A DNA stretch of 64,000 nucleotides from Camelus dromedarius (Eukaryota). The notes below the pieces were generated by a model. That model was not told where the DNA came from, ran no database searches, and worked only from the letters and a program-made list of their open reading frames with translations. The stretch lies in the NCBI RefSeq assembly GCF_036321535.1, contig NC_087462.1, positions 5,704,001 through 5,768,000 of the forward strand, read 5' to 3'. A program made the position numbers and the translations under genes. This document shows positions 1 to 19,289 of the stretch, piece after piece; within the stretch, counting starts at the first letter, position 1; each line of letters starts with the position of its first letter.

Positions 1-195
1 TGGCTATTGTAAATAGTGCTGCTATGAACATTGGGGTGCATGACCTTTTCAAGTTAGAGTTTTGTCCAGATGCATGCCCAGAAGTGGGATTGCTGGATCA
101 TATGGTAACTCTATTTTTAGTTTTTTAAGGAATCTCCATACTGTTTTCTGTAGTGGCTGCACCAAATTACATTCCCACAAACAGTGTAGGAGGAT
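1..195 (-). mobile_element. LINE-1 fragment (ORF2 3' region)
   Basis: GCTATTGTAAATAGTGCTGCTATGAACATTGGGGTGCATG..GGGATTGCTGGATCATATGGTAACTCTATTTTTAG..TACATTCCCAC. Confidence 0.85.
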
Positions 196-219
196 ATTTA
201 CTCAGTCTTTATCATGGAC

Positions 220-6195
<5,976 letters not shown>

Positions 6196-6416
6196 ACTCG
6201 CTCTCGAGCTTACCTGGGGCTTCCAGGCCCCTGCAGAGCCCCCGACCCCTCTGGGCCCAACCGCGGGCCCCCGGGGCACCTTCAAGGACGGAAGGCAGCC
6301 CTGGCAAGGGAGCAGAGCGAGCAGGCAACGCCCGGAGTAGAGAAGGGGGCTGGGCTGCTGGACGTTCCCACAGTAAAATCTCCCCAGGCTGGTCTCCGCC
6401 GGCCTCGGAATCGCGC

Positions 6417-6422
6417 AATAAA
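6417..6422 (+). terminator. ODAD3 polyadenylation signal
   Basis: AATAAA about 220 nt after the stop codon. Confidence 0.75.
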
Positions 6423-6779
6423 GGTCACCGACCAGCCCCCTGAGTATTCGCTTCTCCTTGATCCTGCACCGCCCCAAAGACGGCTGCCCCCAAACCCAGG
6501 GCTACAGATTCAGCCCCCTCCGACCTGGGGAGCGATGACTCCCATCAGCTGGGGACACAGATTGAGCTCTCTCCGCCCCTCCAGAGAAATGAAAGATAGC
6601 CCCACATCTGGCATGGACCAGGCCTCCTCCTCTGAGGATAGGAGACCCTCCTCCTGAGGACCCAGATGTGTAGCTGTACACTTAGCTATATACACTAGCT
6701 CCCCCATACCTGGGGACACTGAAAAGAGTCCTCCCCTGGGAGAGAGAGATGTCCATTCTCCCAGGTGCAGAGCCTCTTC

Positions 6780-7560
6780 CCCAAGGGCCTGGGCTGGGCG
6801 CTGGGGTCCGGCAGGGGCATCCGAGAGCCGTGGGTCCTCCCCACTCTGCCCCCCCCACCTCGCAGCCCGCCTCCCCCGCCGCCCCGCCCCACTGGTCCTT
6901 CCGCCTCACTCAGCGGCGCCGCGGAGCGGGACAGGCGCCGACCATGGAGCGAGCAGCGGGCAAGGAGCTCGCCCTGGTAAGGGGACCCGAGGTCCTGGGA
7001 CCCCAAACCCCTGGCCACCCTTAAGTCCAGAAACTCCAGGTTTCCGCCCCGCGGACCCTCTCTCAGCACAAATCGGACCCTTCGGGCCTCCGGGCCCCTG
7101 ACCCAGTGAAGTGTCTGATTCCTCTTAGGGATTGGGGGGGGGGTGCCAATCCATTGAGCATGTCTGCAGGAGGTGCCAGAGACAGACTCCGTGAGATTGG
7201 GCACTGGGACATCCCCAAATGCCACCCCATCTTCTCAAGGACCAGTGAGGACGATACCCGACACGCCAAGGGAACTTCCCTAGCCTGAGCCCCTGCCCCG
7301 AGTCTTGCTGACTCTGGCTGGGAAGCGGAGGTGAAACGGAAAGGACCAGGCTTGAGCCTGTGCGGGAGAGGGGGGCCCAGACCCCAAGCCCCGTCCCCGC
7401 GGCGTCCTGACCCCGCCTCCTCGTCCAGGCGCCGCTGCAGGACTGGGGCGAGGAGACCGAGGACGGCGCGGTGTACACTGTTTCCTTGCGGCGGCAGCGC
7501 AGTCAGCGCCTGAGTCCGGGGACAGGGCCTGGGAGCACCCAGGTGAGGCAGGAGTTGGAG
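6780..7560 (+). promoter_or_regulatory. CpG-rich promoter and first exons of RGL3
   Basis: High CpG density, GC boxes (CCCCGCCC, CCCGCC) upstream of a Kozak-context ACCATGG at 6941-6947. Confidence 0.75.
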
Positions 7561-10500
7561 GATGGGGCGGGGCAGAAGGTGACCAGGTGAGGGCGGGGCT
7601 GAGTGGAGGGGCGGGGCTTCGGCCCGACTGAAGGGCAGGGGTTAGTGGCGACCTGGTAAGGATAGAACAGGGCCTGGAGGCGGCCAGGTGAGTGGGGTGG
7701 ATGTGTGAGGCAGGGTCAGGTGACTACGCATTGCCGGAGCACGACTTGGGGACTGAACTTAACCGCAGGGCCTAGGTGAGCCGGGTTCAGTGGGGCGGAG
7801 CTGGAGAAGGAGGAGTGGTCTTTAGAAGCGGCCAGGTGGGGTAGGGGTGGAGTCGGTTGGGGTTGCAGAGGACAGGGATCGGGAACAGGCCAGTGGAGCG
7901 CGGCTGGAGACCTGAGAGCTGCCTGAGGGGTGGGGGAGGGGTACCTTATAAGTGAGGCAGAGGGCAGGGCAGGGCCTGGGCAGATGAGGATGTCCAGGGC
8001 GAGTTCCGGGGGTCAATTGTGCATGGGGCAGAATAAGACTCCAGGCGCAGGATTCAGAAAAATGGACAGGATCTGATGCAAGAGCAGTGTGTCTATGGAC
8101 GATTGGAAAGAGGTGCTGGGAGCCACTCTTCTGTGTCTCATTGCTGTCCCACTGCCCCTCAGAGCCCCAGCCCGGCTGCCCACACCTTCCTCCACTACCG
8201 CACCAGTAAGGTGCGCACGCTGAGGGCCGCCCGGCTGGAGCGGCTGGTGCGCGAGTTGGTGTCTGGAGACCGAGAGCAGGACCCGGGCTTCGTGCCTGCC
8301 TTCCTGGCCACCCACCGGGCCTTTGTGCCCACTGCCCGTGTGCTGAGCCTTCTCCTGCCACCACCGCCGCCACCTCTGCCACCAGGGTCAGTACTGACAG
8401 GAGACCCTCATGTTCCCACCCCAGCCCCTTACCTGGATACTCTCTCTACTCCTTCGGGTTTGGAACCAGGAAACTCGCCCACCCAAGAACCTTCCTACTA
8501 AGTCCCCTCCAGGCCCCCTGTTTTTCACCTGATGAGGGGGTTCTTTCCAGGGTACAGATCAGGAAGACACAGGGAAGAGATCTGAGCTTCAACAAGAACC
8601 TGAGGTTTGTCTCCCCCTGGGTAGGGGAAGGGGAATCCCAGAGGTTAAAGGTCAGGCCTGAAGTGCAGGGGATCCAGAGGTCTGCAGGTTCCAGCCAGGC
8701 TCTGAGGCCCCGCCCCTCTGTCCAGGGCTGTGGTGTCAGTGCTGGGCTCCTGGCTGCGGGACCACCCTCAGGATTTTCGGGACCCCCCAGCCCACTCCGA
8801 CTTGGGCAGTATCCGCACCTTTCTGGGCTGGGCAGCCCCACTGGGGGCTGAGGCCCAGGAGGCAGAAAAGCTGCTGGGAGGTTTCCTGGAGGAGGCTGAG
8901 CAAGAGCAGAAAGAAGAGGAGCAGCCCCAGAGCTGGGAAGGTGAGCATTTTGGGGAACTGATAATGACTTGAGCAGGCCTTTCTTGCATACTCCCTCCCT
9001 CAGAGGGCCCCTCCCCTTGCTGAGCTACAGATCTTGGGCAAGGTACTTAACCCAGCCGGAGCCTCAGTTTCCCCATCTGTAAAATGGGCATAATAACCCA
9101 TTGTCTGAAGTATTGGCATTTGTCTATCACCTCCCCCACCCAACATATCCAAAGTACAAAGGTGATCCATCACTGGGTCAGGATACCCTGTGTTGCTGGC
9201 TACAAATCATTCTAATGCTACTTGCCTTAGGAACTACAAAGACCTGGGTTCAAATCCCATTTCTGCCAATTGCTAACTGTGTGGCCTTGGATAAGTCACT
9301 TCACCTCTCTGAGCCTCAATTTCCTTATCTGCAAAATGGGGGAGATCACAGTACTTACCTCATTGGCCTCTTCCTTCATTCAACAAATATTTGGCCACTG
9401 GCTCTGTTTTTTGTTTTTTAAACAATTATGTTATTAAAAATAGCAAATTTCACAAACAGTGGACAGGAGCTCCCAGCTCCCTGGGGCAGTCAATCAGTGA
9501 ACAAGTAAACAAATAAACAATGAGGGCTTGGCAAATAGTATTATTTTCATTATTGTTGTTGTCAAGGATTCTTACTTACAGAATCTACCACTTATAATGA
9601 AATCTATAGAAGTCATGTTGATATTTTCTAGTAAGGTAGGTGTCAGCAAACTATCTGGCCCTTTATAGAAAAGGCTGCCAGCCTCTGTTGTAGAGAGCTT
9701 TGGGGGAAAGGAAAAATAGCCACATACATGATTCAGATCTTTGTTCAACTGTCACCTCCTCAGACATGCCTTCTCGGGTCCCCTCCCACTCTTGGTCTTC
9801 TTACCTGCCTTATTATTCTGCATTGCAGCCATCGGTCTTGTCCCCAGCTCTGTCCCCAGGGTCAGGAAAAACACGGATTTGTTGACTGAATAATTGCAGC
9901 CTGCTTATGAAGTATCATCTTTCACCCATCTGTGTTTGATCTGATCTCTTTCATACAAGCATCTGTATCCTTAATCCCCATTCTTTAATCCTCAGATTAA
10001 AGTGGCTATATTCCTCCCTGCTTTACAAAGTAGTAGCCACATCTATCTCCTGGTAACAAAAATCTCAGTTATTTATATACATTTTATCCCTGCACCTTTT
10101 CTCCTGGTTACTAAGTATCTTTCTTCCTCTGCGTTCAATATTTCACCAACTGATTCCAAGTCATCAGAGCTGCACTGCCCACTGGGGTAACCACTAGCCC
10201 TGTGTGGCTATTGAAATTGAACTTAAAGTAATTAATATTAAATAAAAATAAAATTCAGTTCTTTGGTCACACTAGCCACATTTCTAGTGCTGACACTAGT
10301 AAACACAAGCAGAAAATATTTCCACTGCTGCAGAAAATTCTATTGAAAGTGCTGCCCTAAGCTATGAGTTCTTGAGGTCAGAGGAGAAAAATGAACATTT
10401 ATTGAATATTGATTGTATGCTAGGCTCTGGGAAACTTAACATCTTTATTTTTACCATGGAAATTTTCAGACACGTACAGAAGTAGAAAGAATAGTATGAA

Positions 10501-13500
10501 GAGCACTCAAACACCCACTGCTTATATTTAACAATTATCAGTTTGACGAAAAATATTTTTTGGGGGGGGATGATTTGAAGGCAAATTCCAGACTTATGTC
10601 ACCTTATACATAAACACTTTGGTTTACACCTGTAACTGACAAGGACTTTTAAAAAGATATAACCATTATGTCCACAATCTTTTCCAAGGAAATCAGCAAT
10701 AATTACTTAAAATATTCAAACCCTCCCCCCACTGTTCCTAAATTGTCTTTTTTTTATAGTTGTTTCTTCCAAATCCAAAGATCCATTCAAGGAATTCATT
10801 TCTTAGGTCTCTTTTATTCTATGACAGTTCTCCTTTGCCTTTTGTTTAATGCCATTTGGGGGGGAAAAGGATCATTTGTCCTGAGGAGTCTCTTACATTC
10901 TTCTCCATTTACCTGTTTGCTTTCTCATCGTGACATGAAGCCTGTTCCTCTATCCCCCACATTTGCTGTAAGATCTAAAGGTTTGATTAGATTTAGGTGC
11001 AATTTTTCCCCCCAATGCCCACTTTTTCTAACTAATATTTTGCAATGCCATCTGTCCCAATTTGAAATGAAAGATAATTAAGCAGACTCACACAGATCAT
11101 TTTAAAATAATAATATGACAGTGGAAATGTAGTAGGAAGGAGAAGTAAAACAAAAACAGTTTATACAACAATAACTTGTACTAGTCAGTGTGTCAATACT
11201 TGGACATGCCTCACTAGGAGACTTGAAGTTGTTCAGTTTGCCTGCCATAGCATCATGGTGAATGTGACAGCCACAGACTAATGCAGGGGAGTGCACTGGT
11301 GACACTGACGACACAGACACAAGAGCATAGATGTTGGTAACATCGATTTCCAAAATGGTGAACAGCACTTGCAATTTCCAAACAGAACAAAGTCCAGACT
11401 TTCACGGACCTTGCATTCCTGGAGCCAAAATAATTAGTGTTTATGAACAAGCTACTTGGGTTCTAGATGCACATTATTGTAAACAGACTTTTCAAGGACG
11501 CAAATATCTTGGAGGGACATCTGGAGGCTGGATGGCACAATGCTTCACTGTGCATGTCAGGCTCCCTTTGTGGCAACATTCCATTTCCCCAAATGTCCCC
11601 TAGAGGGAGCCACTATTGAAACCCACCTCGAAAAAACCATATTTAGTGAGTACTTATAGTATTTATATAAGTCTGGTATGTGTGATCTCATTTGGAAAAA
11701 AAGAGAGAGAGAGACTCCAGGTGAAGAAACTAAGGCACTGAGAGGTTAAAAGTCTTGCTTTAATTCTCACAGCAGGCCGATGGACAAGTTTGGATTTGAA
11801 CTTGGGACTTCATGGCAGTAACTTCCTCTTAAACACAAAGTTATACCACAGAGTTATACCACTACCACTCACCACCAGAAAAGGTCAGACAGATCTTATC
11901 TCAAAACAAGTTCAAAGTCAAAAATCTCTATTTTTTCTTCTAGCCTCCGAGCACCTGGTTTCAGATCCCTGCCCAGCCATTTACTGAAGGTGTGACTTAG
12001 GGCAAATTCCTGCCTCAGTTTCCCCACCCGTAGAAGGTGCATAATAGGACCTCCCTCTCTGAGTTAGTGTGCTAAATTTCCTAGTTAACCCACCCAAGGT
12101 GCTCAATGAACGTTACTGCTGTCCTGACCTTCTTAAAAACACTCAGGGATAGCTCTTCCACAGATATGAAAAGTGAGGCTCAGAGACGCCCAAGGTCACA
12201 CAGCCAGTCCTGGATTCAAACTTCAGGATTTTTAAGCCCCTGTAATGCTCCCTCAGGACCTCCTAGGGCTGCCCAGATCCCCCGCCCAGACTCCCCGGTA
12301 GGCTGCTTGGAAGAGGAGGAAGGACCCCTGCGGGAAGGCCCTGAGCTCCTGGACTTCAGTGTAGACGAGGTGGCTGAGCAGCTGACCCTGATGGACGTGG
12401 TGAGGATCCGTCCGGGCGCCGCAGGGCCAGGGGTCGGGGCAAGCCCCGCTGAGCACAGATCCGACCCACCCCATCCCCCGGCCCAGGAACTCTTCTCGCG
12501 CGTGCGGCCCTGCGAGTGCCTGGGCTCCGTGTGGTCGCAGCGGGACCGGCCGGGGGCCACAGGCACCGCCCCCACTGTACGCGCCACTGTGACCCAGTTC
12601 AACACGGTGACCGGCTGCGTGCTGGGCTCGGTGCTCGGGGCGCCGGGTCTGGCCCCCTCGCAGAGGGCACAGCGGCTGGAGAAGTGGATCCGCATCGCCC
12701 AGGTGCCTGTTGAGGGGTGAGGGTGGGAGGAAGCTTGGGGGCGGGGCGTAGGAGCGGGGCCGAGGCTCGGGGAGGGGCCGGGGGCGGAAAGGTGGGGGAC
12801 CCGGGTCTGGGGATAAGGGGAGGGCTGGAGCTCCAAATTGCCTAAAGGAAAGCCTAGGAGGCGGTTGGGCAAGGCTGGTGGCTGGGGTGTGGGGGCTGGG
12901 ACTGCAGAGGGACGTTGGGCAGGTCTAGGAATAATAAGGAGGGGAAGAGGGCTCTGAGGAGGGGATAGGATTGGAGGAGCCAAAGCCAAGAGGAGGCGGG
13001 GGCCTTGAAAGAGACTGGGTGGAAGTGGGGCAGGAGCCTCAGGGCAGATAGGAAGAGTCGAAACGGGGGCCCAGGAAAGAGAGTGGGGGAGGGCCAAGGG
13101 GGGAGGGGAAGGAAGAAGAGAGTTGACACCTGAACTCTCCTGGGAGGAGACGTCTGGGTCTCGGAGAGCTATGAGCGCTTCTAGGAGCTCTGGGGCTGCA
13201 GGTGGGGAAGGAGGGGCCCTGGAGGAGGAGTCTGAATCTGAGTAGCTCTTCAGATGTGAGGCGAGTTGTAAGGGTCTGACATAGGGTCACAAGTCACAGG
13301 ATGAAAGATGGATCAAATGTGGGGATTAGCCTTGGGGTGTGACCAGCGTCCCCCATCCTGCCCTCTAGCGCTGCCGAGAACTGCGGAATTTTTCCTCCCT
13401 GCGAGCCATCCTGTCTGCCCTGCAGTCTAACCCCATATACCGGCTCAAGCGCAGCTGGGGCGCCCTGAGCCGGTGAGCAAGGATTTGGGGGTAGGGATAC

Positions 13501-16500
13501 TGGGGCCAGACCTTTTGCCCACTCCCTCCCATCTCTGACTCTCCCCCCTGCCAACCCTGACCCATCTCCTGTCCCCCCTGCCAGGGAACCATTATCCACT
13601 TTCAGGAAACTTTCGCAGATTTTCTCCGATGAGAACAACCACCTCAGCAGCAGAGAGATTCTCTCCCAGGTACGGATGGGTGAGGAGCCCTCGGCCTCCG
13701 GGCTCAGGAAGGGGACCTGAGGCCTGGCAGGGCATTTCTTGTCATTGTCACAACATTCAGTGTCCTTTTCCTACGCTGCGGGAATGACCTTCCTCTTGTT
13801 TGTGGGCAGCTTGATGTTTTTAGCTGCCTCTGCTGCCCTCATTATAGCTGACACTTGGTGGCTGCCTTATTTATTCATTCAACAAATACCAGAAGTTACA
13901 GGGAAAAGGTCGCTGAAGGCCAGAGATTGAACAGAGTGAAGGGGGAAAAATTTGTGCTAAGCATTTGACTTTGATAAGCAAAAACTAAAAACAACAGCAA
14001 CAAAAAAATGTGTGCCAACAAGTCTAACATATTGTAGGCAAGATTTAGGTTCTAACTGCAATTAGATGCTGGTTCATAGGGAGAATTCAGAATCTATGGC
14101 ACATGAAGCCCGTCCTTTTGCCCAGAACATTCTTCATGTTCACCTCCTGCAGGTGTCTTCTCACATGTTCCCTCCTCCAAGCGGCCCTCCCTGAACCCGC
14201 AGCACCTCCAGCCCCCCTCCATTGTCCTTATCTCTGCCTGTCCTTACATTGTCTGGCTAGCTCGGTGGTTGCCGTCTCTCCCTAGCTCATGTCTGTTCCA
14301 TGCAGCCAGGGTTTCTGTCTGTTTCGTTCACTGCTGCCTCCCCAGCACCCAGAACAGTGCCTGGCCCAGGTGCTCAGTAGGTATCTGTAAAGTGAATGAA
14401 TGGAAATCTGCATTAAGCACCTACTGTGTGCCGGGCACTGGCCAGAAGGCTCTGCCGTGAACGGACGGACAAGCTTCCTACCCTCCGAGGGAGTCAGGCC
14501 CCAGATGGGGAGACACACAGTAAAAGAGCTGCCCAGCAATTTATGTCACTAATGACCAGGCAGAGCGATGCTGTGAAAGCAAGTTTCAGGGTTTCTCCTG
14601 GGGATCACCAGTGGGCCTGTTCCATCCAGGCCAGGTGCAAGGATTCCACGGCACCCATGAGCCCCACTTGTCATCGTCCTCGGTGTGGCCTGCTACCTGC
14701 TGCTTATGTGCTCTCTCCCCCTTTTCCCTTTCCCTTGAGTATGGCCTTTACAATTGCTTGTGATTGAGGCATCTTCCCCAAGGGAGGGGTCAAAGAGACC
14801 CCAGGACTGCCCAGTCCTTCCCCTCCCCACAGGAGGAGGCCACCGAGGGGTCCCAAGAGGAGGACGCCGCCCCCCTAGGAAGCCTGCCCTCAGTGAGTGA
14901 TGTGGTTTGGAACGAGGGACCAGCGGGATCCTCAGGGAGGGGGTGGAGCGTGATGGAGTCAGTGATGGCTGAAGTGACTGGAGTTCTGGGGCCCCCACAG
15001 AAGCTGCCCCCAGGCCCCATCCCATACCTTGGCACCTTTCTCACGGACCTGGTTATGCTGGATACAGCCCTGCCGGACATGCTGGAGGTCTGAGCCTTGA
15101 GCCCTGAGCCCTGACTCCTGACCCCAGCACCACTCACCCTCAGCCCAGTGGGCCTCCTGACATCACACCCTTGACCCTGCCTGTGCTCCTGACCCTAGTC
15201 CCCTTAGTGTAGTCAGGTTTCCTACATCCCAGCCCCTGACCTTTACCCTTGATCCTTGACCTTGGAGGCTCCAGTTCAGACAAAGTTTGCCCCTAGGGGG
15301 ATCTCATCAACTTTGAGAAGAGGAGGAAGGTAAGTGGGCACACTGGGGTGGACATGAGGGGAGGGATCTGAGAGGGAACAGGGCGGGGGCGGGTTCTCAG
15401 AGGCTGTCCCCTCAGGAGTGGGAGATCCTGGCTCACATCCAGCAGCTGCAGAGGCGCTGTCAGAATTACTGCCTGAACCCCTGCCTGCCCATCCTGGCTG
15501 CCCTGCGCACTCAGCACCAGCTCAGTGAGGAGCAGAGGTGACCAGCCCGCAGCCTGGCCCGACCCCCTCACCGGCCAACCTTGGATCACACCTACCCCAC
15601 GCACCTCTCCAGCTCCTCCTAAGACCCCCTCCTGAACCCTGAATCCCCTCAGTCAACTTCTGATCTCGAACTCTGACCCCGTCTGACATTCCAACTTCAA
15701 CCTTTTAATGGGAGGCTGACCATTCTACTCAACCATTCTGTTCCACATCTCTGATCCTACTTGACCCTTGACCACACTCATGACCTCCATCTGACTCTCT
15801 GAGTCTAATCATTGACTCCCAGTTCTGAACAACTGACTCTAACTTTGACGTATATTTGACTGTGGCTCCAGGTCAGACCACCCAGCCCAAATGTCCCAGT
15901 GGTTTCCTTTCATTCTATTGAATCTATGACCCTAACCATTAATCCCAGTAATTATCTGACCTTGAATTCTATCCTTGCCCCAATTTGACTCCTCAGTCCC
16001 GCTCTGTGAATCCCCATGTGACCTGCCAACCCAGCCATCTCATTGCATCCCTGAGACAACGACCCTGATGCTGTAATGATTTCATTTGTTACCCTGACCT
16101 TGACATTTGTTGCCCAGTCCCTGGCTGCTCCCTGCAACATATACCCAAAACCCAGCTCCTGACTGATTCTAATTCTCATTTCCCAACCCACCCACCCCAC
16201 CTGGATCTTGACCCCTCAGTTACCGCATCTCCCGTGTCATTGAGCCGCCGGCTGCCTCCTGTCCTAGCTCCCCACACATCCGGCGGCGAATCAGCCTCAC
16301 CAAGCGCCTCAGTGCGTGAGTCTCAGGGAGTGTGTGGTGGGGTGGTGATGTGGGCAGAAATGGGGGCCGCTCCTGGCACTGGGTCTAGCCTCAGCCTCAA
16401 CCCCTGTCCCTATTCTCAGGAAGCTGTCCCGAGAGAGAGGCTCATCCCCTGGGGGAAGTTCCAGGGACCCCTCATCCTCCACCTCCAGGTGAGCATCCCG

Positions 16501-18441
16501 TTTGGTGAAGGGATTGCAAATGGCAGGGTCAGAGATCAGGGGAACCATCCCACCTTCAATTCTGTGTCTTCCCCAGTCTGTCCCCAGCGTCCCCCCCATC
16601 CAGTCCTAGAATCAAGGACCCTCCTCCTGGCAGTCCTCCAGCCTCTCCAGGGCCCCAGGGCCCCAGCACCAAGGTACCAGGACTGTGTGTTCATATGGGA
16701 CTGCAGGGACCCAGGGCTGTGTGTGTGTGTGTGTGTGTCCATACACAGGATTTTGGGGCCAGGTATATACCCAGGAGACTGTACACACAGTTGTCTAAGC
16801 ACCCTGGATGTCTATCTGGGAGGCCCTGTGCCTCTCCGTGGCCCTGCTTGGGGGATTGTCCATCCATTATGCTCAAATTTGCACCAGAGCTTCCACTTGC
16901 CCACAGTGGCCCTCTGGGGTGCAATCACACACTTTTGCAAGGATATGTGTGTCTCCAGCATACCTAGATGGGAGATGTGGGCATGAATTCCCACAACATC
17001 CATGGCACCATGTGCAGGGTAGTTCGTGGACATGGACTTGTGCACATACAACAATTGTGAACATATGTGTGTACTCACTGCTCTCTGGGCACACAGAGTT
17101 GTTTGTGTGTGAACATGGGTCATGTGTGAATTTGGGCATAAAAGTCTGTATGCAATGGGATGGCAAAGATGTGGGCTTGTGTTTGTATGTTCCCTAATTT
17201 CATGTCCCCAGGCTTGGGATGTGGGGGAAGGTGTGTTTAATACAGTGAGGGAGGGGCCTTATGCTCTCACTGCTCAGCCCCCACCCCCACTGCCTACAGC
17301 TACCCCTGAGTCCGGACCTGTCAGGCCCCCGGTCTCTGGCCTTGCCCTTGAGTGGCCTTCACATCCCCTTCTCGGGGCAGCAGGGCTCAGAAGCCCGCAT
17401 CATCCGCGTCAGCATGGACAACGACCACGGGAATCTGTATCGGAGCATCTTGGTGAGAGGCTGGGCCTGGGACCCACTGGGGGCAGCCCTGCCCTGGGGG
17501 CTTAGGCCATAATAACTCACCTCCCACCCTCTCTTCCCAGCTCACTAGTCAGGACAAGGCCCCCATCGTGGTACAGCGAGCCTTGGAAAAGCACAATGTG
17601 GCCCAGTCTTGGGCCCGTGACTACCAGCTATTCCAAGTCCTTCCTGGGGACAGGGGTGAGCAGGGACAGCTTAGAGCCCGGGCTAGGGGGCATCTGGGAG
17701 GGCGGCAGACTGACCAGGGTGGTTCTGGGCACAGAGTAGGGATCAGATGAAGCAGGCTCCAGGATTAGAGGAAGAAAAATATTGGTATGCGGGGTCAGAG
17801 GGTTGTCCTGGCTCAGTGTGAGGGAAGCGGGCACTAAAAATGTCTTCCTAGGATTTATGGGAAAATGAGATTGTCCAGGGTCAAATGGAAGAGGGAGGGT
17901 AGAAGGTTGTCTGGGCTTAAATCTGTAGAATTATGAGGTTGTTCAGGCTCAGCCCTCTGGAGTGAAAGACTGAGGGTGGCATGAACTTTGCTGGGAACTG
18001 GCTGCAGGGAGAAAGGGTGGGGTGAGAAGGAAGTTGACTGGGATGGGTGGCCTGAGTTTGCTTAAGCTCGCAGTGCAGGTTGTCTAGACCCTGAGGGAAA
18101 TAGCAGGAGGTTGCCCAGGTTCCAAGTCAAAGAAGTTGTACAGGCTTCGAATGGGAAGCTGTCCAGTTTCCCAGTGAGAGGAGGATGAGGTTGGCTGAGC
18201 ACTGGCTGGAGGGACCCAAGGTGGTTCAGTCTCCAGAGTGAATGGTGGAAGTTTATGTAAGTCCTTTGCGGGGAAGTGTGGGGCTGTGTGGGCCTTTCAC
18301 CATCCTCTCCATGCCTGGCCAGAGCTCCCAATTCCTGACAATGCCAATGTCTTCTACGCCATGAGCCCAGCCGCTCCGGGAGACTTCGTGCTGCGGCGAA
18401 AGGAGAGGACCCAGCATACAACCTCAAACTCCCCGACCTGA
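6944..18441 (+). CDS. RGL3: Ral guanine nucleotide dissociation stimulator-like 3 (REM, CDC25 GEF and RA domains), 19 exons, 712 aa
   Basis: Exons 6944-6976, 7429-7542, 8163-8386, 8551-8604, 8726-8940, 12257-12399, 12487-12702, 13369-13472, 13585-13669, 14833-14892, 15001-15087, 15297-15329, 15416-15537, 16220-16315, 16420-16488, 16577-16673, 17300-17452, 17541-17655, 18323-18441 sum to 2139 nt, all [15 protein letters not shown] start, [30 protein letters not shown]. Confidence 0.97.
9020..12230. mobile_element. Repeat-dense RGL3 intron 5 (several MIRs, L2, old L1 3' fragments)
   Basis: MIR core CCTCAGTTTCCCCATCTGTAAAATGGG at about 9062, 9312 and 12013; L1-like AT-rich 10450-11100. Confidence 0.65.
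10165..10355. mobile_element. MER3/MER33-like hAT-Charlie MITE in RGL3 intron 5
   Basis: CCACTAGCC..GTGGCTATTGAA, AT-rich core, CACTAGCCACATTT, TTCTATTG..GTGCTG end. Confidence 0.6.
16717..16738. repeat. (TG)n microsatellite
   Basis: About 10 TG units in RGL3 intron 16. Confidence 0.9.
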
Positions 18442-19289
18442 GGTGGCCCTCCCCTCCCTCCAGGAAATGGGCCCATGGGCAGCAAGGGGCCTGGCTTCCA
18501 TCATCAGGGGGCAGGGGAGGGGGCTCCTCTCTGGAAAGCTCCTATTCTCCAGTATAGGCCATTGTGCTCTCTCTGCACCCTGTAAACCACCCCCCGACTT
18601 TATCGGACCCCATCCCTCTGACCCTCTTGGCACTGGATCTCTGTTCCAAAGACATCAGCCCATGGGGTAACTGCAGAGCTTCAGCCCATAGACATAGACA
18701 GGGGTAGGCGGTCAGGGGTCAGACCCTTCCCCAGAGAAATCTTGTAACTGTTGGAGACACATCAGAAGTGACAGAAGTGGATGAAAATAGTGACCAAAGT
18801 TATGAAACAGAAGTCAGTCTTGTTTGTTCTGCGCCTGTACACCATGTTCACTGTTCATCAGGATAAAAAATTTTAAGAAAAGAAAAGAAAAACTAAAAGC
18901 CCTAAGAAAAATGTTGGGTGAGACATGACTAGACACCGGTGGGGGGGAGGGGGGCGTTCTCTGTCACACATAGAGGATTCAGGACCCCCCCCAACATTGT
19001 TGGGGTGAAATGCTTCCTTTCTGTCATGTATATGGAAGAGTAAAAAAACAAAATTCCACAGGAATCAGAAACAAGTAAGATCATCACCCATGAGTCAATA
19101 AGGGCTGTGAGGATGAAAGGAGAGGGGTGAGCTAGCAGTACTGCAGTAGATTGAAAAACAGGTGGAGAAGGCACAGTCGAAGTGAGCTGCAGGACCCTGC
19201 AACAGCCATAACAACAACAGTAACAACAATAATAATACCCACTTATGAACTCCCACTCTGCTTGACATCAGCTAAGGCCTTTATATCTA

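Noticed and set aside
12216-13097. 293-aa minus-strand ORF
   Set aside because: Antisense to RGL3 exons and a G-rich intron; Pro-rich low complexity with no coherent gene structure
16234-16986. 250-aa plus-strand ORF
   Set aside because: Off-frame read through RGL3 exons, introns and a TG repeat
18988-19004. CCCCAACA-T-TGTTGGGG inverted repeat
   Set aside because: An 8-bp stem is expected by chance in 64 kb
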